A stretch of DNA of 20,000 nucleotides from an uncultured virus (IMG/VR IMGVR_UViG_3300018080_000162). Taxonomy: Duplodnaviria; Heunggongvirae; Uroviricota; Caudoviricetes. The DNA lies in IMG/VR virus record IMGVR_UViG_3300018080_000162. One strand, written 5' to 3'. A program made the position numbers and the translations under genes. This document shows positions 8,003 through 13,819 of the stretch, one piece after another. Each line of letters starts with the position of its first letter. Position 1 is the first letter of the stretch. The notes below the pieces were generated by a model. The model did not search any database. It had not been told where the DNA came from and worked only from the letters and a program-made list of their open reading frames with translations.

Positions 8003-8840
8003 ATGCACGTTGAAAAGTCATTCACGAAGGCGGCTGTAGTTCTCATGCTGGTCGAGGAGTATGCAAAGACGTTTGCGCCCTACTGTGAGTTTGATTGGGT
8101 TACGGAACACGCTATCGGACGACGGCACATGACGGCTGCCCAACTGAGCGACCTGCGTGGCGGTATCTACAACCGCCAGAAAGGGAGCCGAGGCAAGAAG
8201 TATCAAAGTGAGACTTCTACAGCCGATAGGGTGGCGGCAATGACCGACACCAGCAGGGCGACCATCATGCGAGACGCTCAGTTCAATGCAGCCGTGTCCA
8301 AGCTCTCAAGGAATCACAAGATGTCCCGTCAGAGGGAGTTCTTTGCATCGACACGTTCTACAACTGTCGGGAGAACGGTTACGCCTTCCGGCTGCGGTAT
8401 CCTGACGCCAAGCAGAGCTTCTATCGGACGGTATTTGTCTGCGAGAACCGAAACTCCGATGCTATTACACTGACTCCTTCCAACTGCATGGATTGGGGAA
8501 GCGTGAGTGACAAGCAATACTTCGAGCATCGGGAGCATCTTGGCTCCGAAGAGTACGCGAAGGCGGCTGAGCGGGTGCTGGAGCTTCTCACGAGCGGCAA
8601 GAAGGAAATCCGCATGAAGTTCGAGGACGAGCGCAAGCTGTTCGAAAAGCCGAAGCCGACGCCGAAATCCAGCAAGCCCAAGAAGGTGTCCAAGAAAGAG
8701 CTTGACATGGCTCTTCAGGGTTACAAATCAACGCTATCAAGGATTACCGGCAGCGCACGAAAGAAGGCTTGATAGCTTCCAAGAATGCCATCGAAGCAGC
8801 TATGGAAAAAGCTGAGTCCAAACGCAAGTCCAAGAAGTAG
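8003..8840 (+). pseudogene. One gene split by two apparent -1 frameshifts (about 279 aa restored): ParB-associated HTH-like segment, NCRE domain, ribosomal L7/L12 CTD-like tail
   Basis: First frame reads naturally to about 8308; second frame is open 8230-8772 with no start before 8488 (LCIDTFYNCRENGY...ENRNSD); third frame 8727-8840 gives (K)INAIKDYRQRTKEGLIASKNAIE and stops just before the terminator. Confidence 0.65.
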
Positions 8841-8865
8841 TCCTCCGTTCCTCTCCTCTCCACGT

Positions 8866-8896
8866 GCCCCTGTCTGAAAAGGCAGGGGCTTTTTTT
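8866..8896 (+). terminator. Intrinsic terminator
   Basis: GCCCCTGTCT-GAAA-AGGCAGGGGC followed by T7. Confidence 0.9.
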
Positions 8897-8898
8897 AT

Positions 8899-8922
8899 GG
8901 TGTAACACTGTAACGGTGTAAC
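8899..8922 (+). repeat. Three tandem 8-mers NNTGTAAC, copy 2
   Basis: Identical to 5397-5420. Confidence 0.85.
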
Positions 8923-8926
8923 AGGC

Positions 8927-8986
8927 AAACTCGCCGATTTCCCATTCTGCGCGGTTGGTTTAACAGAATGCCCTGCGAGATTTTTT
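8927..8986 (+). repeat. Intergenic repeat R1, copy 4
   Basis: AAACTCGCCGATTTCCCATTCTGCGCGGTTGGTTTAACAGAATGCCCTGCGAGA. Confidence 0.9.
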
Positions 8987-9020
8987 GCTCTGGAAAGATT
9001 TCGAGAAATTCAGAAAAATA

Positions 9021-9053
9021 GTGCTGAATTTTTTCGAGGCTTCCGTATAGAAG
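9021..9053 (+). promoter_or_regulatory. Promoter motif P, copy 6
   Basis: GTGCTG-AATTTTTT-CGAG-GCTT-CCGTATAGAAG. Confidence 0.85.
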
Positions 9054-9073
9054 GGTGAAAGGAGAACAGGACA

Positions 9074-9196
9074 ATGAAAGAAGCGCATTACGAATGGGGA
9101 CGAAAGCAAGGCCTGACCGATGAGGAGATTGAGAAGGACTGGCAGGCTTTCGAGGCTGATTACGAAGCATGGGAAGAGAAGCGCAAGGCAAGCTGA
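9074..9196 (+). CDS. Small acidic protein, 40 aa (not in the ORF track)
   Basis: MKEAHYEWGRKQGLTDEEIEKDWQAFEADYEAWEEKRKAS, directly after P6 and a GAAAGGAG SD. Confidence 0.8.
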   Translation: MKEAHYEWGRKQGLTDEEIEKDWQAFEADYEAWEEKRKAS

Positions 9197-9279
9197 CGGC
9201 TCACGGCAGGCAGGCCGATTGTGGACACGGCCCTAAGCAACCGCGCATTGCCGGAAAGAGCCAAAAGGAGAAACGAGCA

Positions 9280-9462
9280 ATGGCTAACATGAGCTACTGT
9301 CAATTCGAGAACACGGCTGGAGACCTTCAGGACTGTTACGACAACATGGACGAGAAGGTCGAGGGCAGCGAAGCTAAGGCCCGTGAACGCCTGATTAAGC
9401 TGTGTGTTGACATTGCCTGTGACTACGGGCATGAAGTCGGGCGCGAGTGCGAGGAAGTTTAG
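9280..9462 (+). CDS. Hypothetical phage protein, 60 aa (MANMSYCQFENT...)
   Basis: AAAGGAG SD before ATG 9280. Confidence 0.85.
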   Translation: MANMSYCQFENTAGDLQDCYDNMDEKVEGSEAKARERLIKLCVDIACDYGHEVGRECEEV

Positions 9463-9463
9463 T

Positions 9464-9540
9464 AGTCGGGTGCTGCAACTGGTAGACAGGTCTGGCTAAG
9501 AACCAGATGACTAAGGGTTCGAATCCCTTCCCGACTACCA
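9464..9540 (+). tRNA. tRNA-Leu(AAG) with a short variable loop
   Basis: Acceptor AGTCGGG/CCCGACT, anticodon arm TCTGG-CTAAGAA-CCAGA, 5-nt variable loop TGACT, T arm AAGGG-TTCGAAT-CCCTT, A73, CCA. Confidence 0.85.
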
Positions 9541-9558
9541 GAATTGACAATCAAATAT

Positions 9559-9653
9559 GGGTTGTGCTCCCCACGGCAGACTGTAAATCTGTTGCCCGTT
9601 ATCAATAAGTGGGGTGGTTGGGCGACGAGGTTCGATTCCTTCACAACCCACCA
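9559..9653 (+). tRNA. Non-canonical tRNA-Tyr(GTA)-like RNA
   Basis: GGGTTGTG/CACAACCC acceptor, GCAGA-CTGTAAA-TCTGT anticodon arm, GAGG-TTCGATT-CCTT T arm, A73-CCA; D-arm replaced by 9 nt; enlarged variable region. Confidence 0.75.
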
Positions 9654-9673
9654 TTAACAGGAGAACAAAGCAG

Positions 9674-9931
9674 ATGGCTCCCCGATTCCAACATGATTGC
9701 GTAAACTGCATTTACCTGGGCCAGTTCAAGGAGTTTGACTTGTACTTTCATCAAGCTCCTGTTGGCAGGCCCACGGTGCTTGCCCGATATGGCGACGAGG
9801 GCCATGAGTACAAGAGCGGCCTGTCCTTTGGCAGGCCACAAGAGAATGGAAGCGTTCTGATTGAAGAGCTTGGAGTCGCGTACCAGAGGGCTTTCGACAT
9901 CGGCTTTCTGAGAGGAGACGAACGAGACTGA
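9674..9931 (+). CDS. Hypothetical phage protein, 85 aa (PRFQHDCVNCIYLG...)
   Basis: AGGAG SD before ATG 9674. Confidence 0.85.
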   Translation: MAPRFQHDCVNCIYLGQFKEFDLYFHQAPVGRPTVLARYGDEGHEYKSGLSFGRPQENGSVLIEELGVAYQRAFDIGFLRGDERD

Positions 9932-9948
9932 GATTTTCTGGATTTTTA

Positions 9949-9981
9949 GTGCTTGATTTTTTCGAGCTTGCCGTATAGAAG
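9949..9981 (+). promoter_or_regulatory. Promoter motif P, copy 7
   Basis: GTGCTT-GATTTTTT-CGAG-CTTG-CCGTATAGAAG. Confidence 0.85.
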
Positions 9982-9999
9982 AGTGGAAAGGAAAACCAG

Positions 10000-10215
10000 A
10001 TGAGACGTTACCTGTATATCTTCGAGAGCGGCGACATGAGAACCGCCGCTGACGTGCCCACGGATGAAGACCTGCAATGCGTGGCTGCTGGAATCCTGAC
10101 AGTCATCGACATGCAGGATGGGACTCAGGTGGACGGCGGTGGGCACTGGACGATGCTGGAAGAGGCCGGAACGGAAACGAATCCTGAGACCGGCAGCGAG
10201 TATCACACTTATTGA
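10000..10215 (+). CDS. Acidic hypothetical protein, 71 aa
   Basis: GAAAGGA SD after P7. Confidence 0.8.
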   Translation: MRRYLYIFESGDMRTAADVPTDEDLQCVAAGILTVIDMQDGTQVDGGGHWTMLEEAGTETNPETGSEYHTY

Positions 10216-10225
10216 CAATTGAAAA

Positions 10226-10348
10226 AGGACAGAGTGGAGGGACGCTTTCTGTGACCGCTTCCTTGACAGGTTGAGAACGTTCTGAGCAAAGCTGAGTCGT
10301 CCTGGGTCAATGCGTCAAGGGCATTGGACGGCGAAGTCGCTCTGTCCT
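10226..10348 (+). ncRNA. Structured RNA A with a predicted pseudoknot
   Basis: Closing helix AGGACAGA/TCTGTCCT; hairpin loop GTCAAGG (10314-10320) is complementary to CCTTGAC (10261-10267); no ORF. Confidence 0.6.
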
Positions 10349-10367
10349 GAAAGGTTTGACAATTGAG

Positions 10368-10495
10368 GCGGCATGTTCGGCACGGCTGAAGGGACGCTTT
10401 CAGAATCGGTGTGTGGACTTTGGCCGGATACATCGGAATACTGGCACGTGACAGAATGCCGGTGTAAGGGTTCGATTCCCTCTTGCCGCGAACCA
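10368..10495 (+). ncRNA. Structured RNA B: enlarged tRNA-like RNA (~128 nt)
   Basis: GCGGCA/TGCCGC closing stem, canonical T arm AGGG-TTCGATT-CCCT, 3' ACCA, three further 7-9 bp hairpins. Confidence 0.65.
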
Positions 10496-10510
10496 TTTTT
10501 CTGAAAAAGT

Positions 10511-10543
10511 TTGCTGAATTTCTACGAGCAATCCGTAAAGAAG
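10511..10543 (+). promoter_or_regulatory. Promoter motif P, copy 8
   Basis: TTGCTG-AATTTCTA-CGAG-CAAT-CCGTAAAGAAG. Confidence 0.8.
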
Positions 10544-10683
10544 GATGAAAGGTCAAACGACATTGATAATGAAACCTATGTAGAGCCAAGAGGAGGATAG
10601 AACAATGGGCAAGTGAAAAGGCGACGGCCTCAAAACGCAAAGCGGCCCACGTGAGCGGCCAACTTTTATAGTGAAAAACCCAC

Positions 10684-10723
10684 GGCCCCTGATACGACGA
10701 AATCAGGGGCCTTCTTTTTTTTT
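10684..10723 (+). terminator. Intrinsic terminator
   Basis: GGCCCCTGAT-ACGACGAA-ATCAGGGGCC followed by a T-rich run. Confidence 0.9.
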
Positions 10724-10741
10724 GCGACTCTTAGATTTTTA

Positions 10742-10774
10742 GTGCTGAATTTTTACGAGGATTCCGTATAGAAG
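10742..10774 (+). promoter_or_regulatory. Promoter motif P, copy 9
   Basis: GTGCTG-AATTTTTA-CGAG-GATT-CCGTATAGAAG. Confidence 0.85.
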
Positions 10775-10819
10775 AGTGGACGAGAAAAGAGAATCACGAA
10801 CCAAGAAAGGAGAACAGCA

Positions 10820-10987
10820 ATGAAGACTTACACGCTTACAGAGGAACAGGTTGACCGCCTGACGGTGACTTGCGCTTGCAAGCTTCGGGACAAGGCGCGG
10901 AAGACGGGCAATCAGGCTTACGATAAGGCGGCTGACGCCGTGCTGAATATGATTCCCCATCACGTCAAGAAGCTGGCGGCTGAGTAA
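10820..10987 (+). CDS. Hypothetical protein, 55 aa (not in the ORF track)
   Basis: MKTYTLTEEQVDRLTVTCACKLRDKARKTGNQAYDKAADAVLNMIPHHVKKLAAE; GAAAGGAG SD. Confidence 0.8.
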   Translation: MKTYTLTEEQVDRLTVTCACKLRDKARKTGNQAYDKAADAVLNMIPHHVKKLAAE

Positions 10988-11008
10988 CCACGAAAGGAGA
11001 ACAGAATC

Positions 11009-11282
11009 ATGGCGCATTTCTACGGAATCGTGAGAGGACAGGCCAAGACCGAGGGCACTCGGCGCGGCTCCCCGAACTCCGGCATCGGCACGGTTGCCGC
11101 AAGCTGGAACGGTGCTGTCTCTGTGGAACTCTACGTCAACGAGAACGGCGAGGACTGCGCCTCTGTGCGCCTGACGCCCTTGGCATGGCAAGGGCGTTTC
11201 CAAGATGCTCTATCGCGGCCCCGTCAATCCCAAGGAAGAGAAGCCCGAAGGTGAGAAGGTGGGCTTCGAGAAGACAAGCTAA
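11009..11282 (+). CDS. Hypothetical phage protein (MAHFYG...) with an apparent +1 frameshift at CCC-T (11177-11180); 90 aa restored
   Basis: The +1 frame continues WHGKGVSKMLYRGPVNPKEEKPEGEKVGFEKTS* with the C/G-ending codons typical of this region and stops just before the terminator; the unshifted ORF ends at 11254. Confidence 0.7.
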
Positions 11283-11305
11283 CCCCACAATCCATCCTGT
11301 GTCCA

Positions 11306-11339
11306 GCCCCTGCCCTGAGAAAGCAGGGGTTTCTTTTTT
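11306..11339 (+). terminator. Intrinsic terminator
   Basis: GCCCCTGC-CCTGAGAAA-GCAGGGGT followed by TTCTTTTTT. Confidence 0.85.
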
Positions 11340-11360
11340 GTCCTGTTTCGCCAGAAACAG

Positions 11361-11420
11361 AACTCGCGAAAATCCTATTCAGGGCGGTCGGTTTAACAAA
11401 ATGGCCCCTGAGAAATTTCG
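11361..11420 (+). repeat. Intergenic repeat R1, copy 5 (diverged)
   Basis: AACTCGCGAAAATCCTATTCAGGGCGGTCGGTTTAACAAAATGGCCCCTGAGA. Confidence 0.8.
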
Positions 11421-11464
11421 CGCAAACCAAGCTCTGAAACTTTTTTGAAATTCTTAGAAAAAGA

Positions 11465-11497
11465 GTGCTTGAAATTTACGAGCATTCCGTATAAAAG
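11465..11497 (+). promoter_or_regulatory. Promoter motif P, copy 10
   Basis: GTGCTT-GAAATTTA-CGAG-CATT-CCGTATAAAAG. Confidence 0.85.
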
Positions 11498-11515
11498 GGT
11501 GAAAGGAAAAGAGCC

Positions 11516-11593
11516 ATGAAGCTGAGAGACTTGAGAGCGGCAATCAAAGGACTGAGCGGTGACTTGGAATGCAAAAAGGAGAATGAGCAATGA
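11516..11593 (+). CDS. 25-aa leader ORF or gene remnant
   Basis: MKLRDLRAAIKGLSGDLECKKENEQ; GAAAGGA SD; ATGA overlap with the next gene. Confidence 0.6.
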   Translation: MKLRDLRAAIKGLSGDLECKKENEQ

Positions 11594-12177
11594 ATGAACG
11601 GAAAGAGACGACAGACAAGAAGGAATGGAAAAAGGTGCTGGCCCGGTTCAAGAAGCTGGACTCCCGGTACGCGCTGCGTAAGCTGTATGACGGTTTCGCC
11701 GTCTTTCTGGAAATCGGAGACCGTTCCATCGACATTGCCGAAAACATGCCGGTAAGGGATGGCTACTGGCGTAATGCGCCTTTCTACACGTATGTCAAGC
11801 CTCCGTTCATCTACAAGGTCAACAAGCTGCGCAAGAAGTTTGTGAAGAAGGTGGCGCGTGACCTGACGGATGCTGACATTGCCAAGCTGCACAAGTGGGT
11901 TATGGAAGCGGCTGAGATTGTGGAAAGCTGCCTGCAAGACGAGAAAGAAAAAGAGCAGTGCGAGAAGCAGTTTGAGGAACGGATGGGAAAGGACTTCGAG
12001 GGCGTCAAAGGTGCCCAGGTTCGAGGCGATACGACCGAACTTGCGCTGTCCGATGGCTCCTCCATGTACGTCAGCAAGGGATACAGCGACGATAGGTATA
12101 ATGTGCAGTACAACCTCTCGGACTTGACGAAAGAGCAGGTGTTGAAGCTGCGAGATTTTTTGGAAAAAGAGTGCTGA
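11590..12177 (+). CDS. Hypothetical protein, 195 aa
   Basis: AAAGGAG SD; the stop codon lies inside the GTGCTGA of promoter copy 11. Confidence 0.85.
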   Translation: MNERKETTDKKEWKKVLARFKKLDSRYALRKLYDGFAVFLEIGDRSIDIAENMPVRDGYWRNAPFYTYVKPPFIYKVNKLRKKFVKKVARDLTDADIAKLHKWVMEAAEIVESCLQDEKEKEQCEKQFEERMGKDFEGVKGAQVRGDTTELALSDGSSMYVSKGYSDDRYNVQYNLSDLTKEQVLKLRDFLEKEC

Positions 12178-12203
12178 AAATTTACGAGGATTCCGTATAG
12201 AAG
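12171..12203 (+). promoter_or_regulatory. Promoter motif P, copy 11
   Basis: GTGCTG-AAAATTTA-CGAG-GATT-CCGTATAGAAG. Confidence 0.85.
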
Positions 12204-12224
12204 GGCATGAAAGGACAAAGGACA

Positions 12225-12392
12225 ATGGCAACTGCAACCCGACAGAGAAACGAGTGCGGAACCCAAGCCATGCTGAACATCGAGGCCGTCTTCACGAAGG
12301 GCAATATCTACAGTCCCGACTTCGTCCGTAAACAGCAAGTGGCTTTCCTGCATTCGCTTCTTCAGGGCAAAAGAAAGCGAGTGAAAGAATGA
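12225..12392 (+). CDS. Hypothetical protein, 55 aa
   Basis: AAAGGA SD before ATG 12225 (alternative ATG 12207); ATGA overlap with the next gene. Confidence 0.65.
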   Translation: MATATRQRNECGTQAMLNIEAVFTKGNIYSPDFVRKQQVAFLHSLLQGKRKRVKE

Positions 12393-13369
12393 GAGAACTG
12401 ACCATCAAAGAATCGAAAGTCCTCGGAACCATTACCTACTGGACAATCCATCAAGGAACCTACGAATTCAAAGAGGTTCTCAAAACCCTCCACAAACACG
12501 ACCTCTCTGAAGACCTCATCATCGAACCCTCTGCCAAGAAAGCGTTTACGCGCTCCTGCAAGAGCTTCGTCAAGGGTCACACGGACAAGTTTGACCGGAA
12601 GATTGTGGATGACCAGCGGGCCACGGTGGTGGGTATCGTCCATGAGGCCAAGGACAGCGCACATGAAACCCTTCAGTATCAGCACGAGACCACAGCCAAG
12701 CTGTTCAAAGCTTCAGGCAGTGTCAAAGTCAACGGCGCGGACAGTGACGAATTCATGGAGCAGTACGAACACTTTACCGGCCATATCACGCATGAAGACC
12801 TTCAGAGGATGCTGCGCAGGCTGGTTGCCCGGTCGCACGGCCTCTCGCTCAGGGAGACGGGCGGCATCTACTTCATTCCCGAAAAGTCTGTCGAGGCCAT
12901 GAACAAGGCCGACGCCGTGCTGAAGGAACTCCATGCGGGGCAGGTCTATCTCCTGCGGGTGCCCAAGGGAAAGGAAGAGCAGAAAGTCACCTGGGAGCGC
13001 GTGACAGGCCACATCGAGGAGACCATCAAGGACGTGCTCACGAAGGTTGCGAACATCGAAAAGAAAGCGGCTTGCCTCTCACATCACGAAGACCGCCTGA
13101 AAGAAGCCAAAAAGATGCTCGACTACTACGCGGAACTCACGGAATCCGAGGCCATGCTGGAAGAGCTTCGGGAACAGATTTCCACGGTCGCGAACGACAT
13201 TGCAGGCAAGGCGGCTGAATTCCAGAGAAAGACGGAAGCCAAGGAAGCTGAAAAAGCCGCCGAGAGAGCAGAGAAGAAAAAGGCGAGAGAAGCGAAGAGA
13301 GCCGAAAAGAAGGCAGCCAAGGCAGCGGCAAAGGCAGCCAAGAAACGCAAGAGCAGAAAGGCAAGCTGA
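12389..13369 (+). CDS. DUF3150/DUF6744-like coiled-coil protein with a Lys/Ala-rich tail, 326 aa
   Basis: GTITYWTI start, LRETGGIYFIP motif, helical C-half and KKAAKAAAKAAKK tail; family name from memory and tentative. Confidence 0.7.
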   Translation: MRELTIKESKVLGTITYWTIHQGTYEFKEVLKTLHKHDLSEDLIIEPSAKKAFTRSCKSFVKGHTDKFDRKIVDDQRATVVGIVHEAKDSAHETLQYQHETTAKLFKASGSVKVNGADSDEFMEQYEHFTGHITHEDLQRMLRRLVARSHGLSLRETGGIYFIPEKSVEAMNKADAVLKELHAGQVYLLRVPKGKEEQKVTWERVTGHIEETIKDVLTKVANIEKKAACLSHHEDRLKEAKKMLDYYAELTESEAMLEELREQISTVANDIAGKAAEFQRKTEAKEAEKAAERAEKKKAREAKRAEKKAAKAAAKAAKKRKSRKAS

Positions 13370-13370
13370 C

Positions 13371-13535
13371 ATGAGGCGCAGGCGAGTCAACTGGTTGCAG
13401 GTCAAGGGAGACAGGGAATACGCCTCTGTTGCCTCTCGCGACGGGCGCATTCTCGAAGAATTCAAAGGCGTCAAGGATGGTAAGACCGCCTTCGAAAGAG
13501 CGTGTGAGTGGGCAAAAGAAAATGAAAGGCATTGA
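13371..13535 (+). CDS. Hypothetical protein, 54 aa
   Basis: ATG one base after the upstream stop; GAAAGG SD. Confidence 0.65.
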   Translation: MRRRRVNWLQVKGDREYASVASRDGRILEEFKGVKDGKTAFERACEWAKENERH

Positions 13536-13797
13536 GTATATGCCTGCTCTTACTGACTTTTTGCGCTGGCTTTGGAAAAGGCAAAACGGTTTGTGTTACT
13601 ACACGAATCGTCAGATGGAGTTGGCTGGTTATCATCAAATGAAACCGAATGCGGTCACTATCGACCGTGTAGACCCTAAAAAGGGCTATGTTGCCGGTAA
13701 CATCGTTTTGTGCTGCTCTATTGTGAATAGGGCGAAACAGGATATGGATTACCAACAATTCATTGATTTCTGCCAAGAAATTCTGGACGAAAGCTAA
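13522..13797 (+). CDS. HNH / His-Me finger endonuclease-like protein, 91 aa
   Basis: QNGLCYYT...TIDRVDPKKGYVAGNIVLCCSIVNRAK matches the phage IDRxD...GY...N...CC..N..K nuclease pattern; visibly more AT-rich than its neighbours. Confidence 0.75.
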   Translation: MKGIEYMPALTDFLRWLWKRQNGLCYYTNRQMELAGYHQMKPNAVTIDRVDPKKGYVAGNIVLCCSIVNRAKQDMDYQQFIDFCQEILDES

Positions 13798-13819
13798 GGC
13801 AGAGAAAGGCAGGTGTCCC

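Noticed and set aside
10226..10348. HDV-like (theta) ribozyme suggested by GGCGAAG after a long hairpin
   Set aside because: I could not build the nested P1/P3/P1.1 pairings.
10368..10495. tmRNA
   Set aside because: Only about 128 nt lie between the acceptor-like strands, with no tag reading frame; a two-piece form is not supported by what I can see.
13230..13369. Tandem DNA repeat in the GCCAAGGCAGC-rich stretch
   Set aside because: It is low-complexity Lys/Ala/Glu coding sequence, not a discrete repeat unit.
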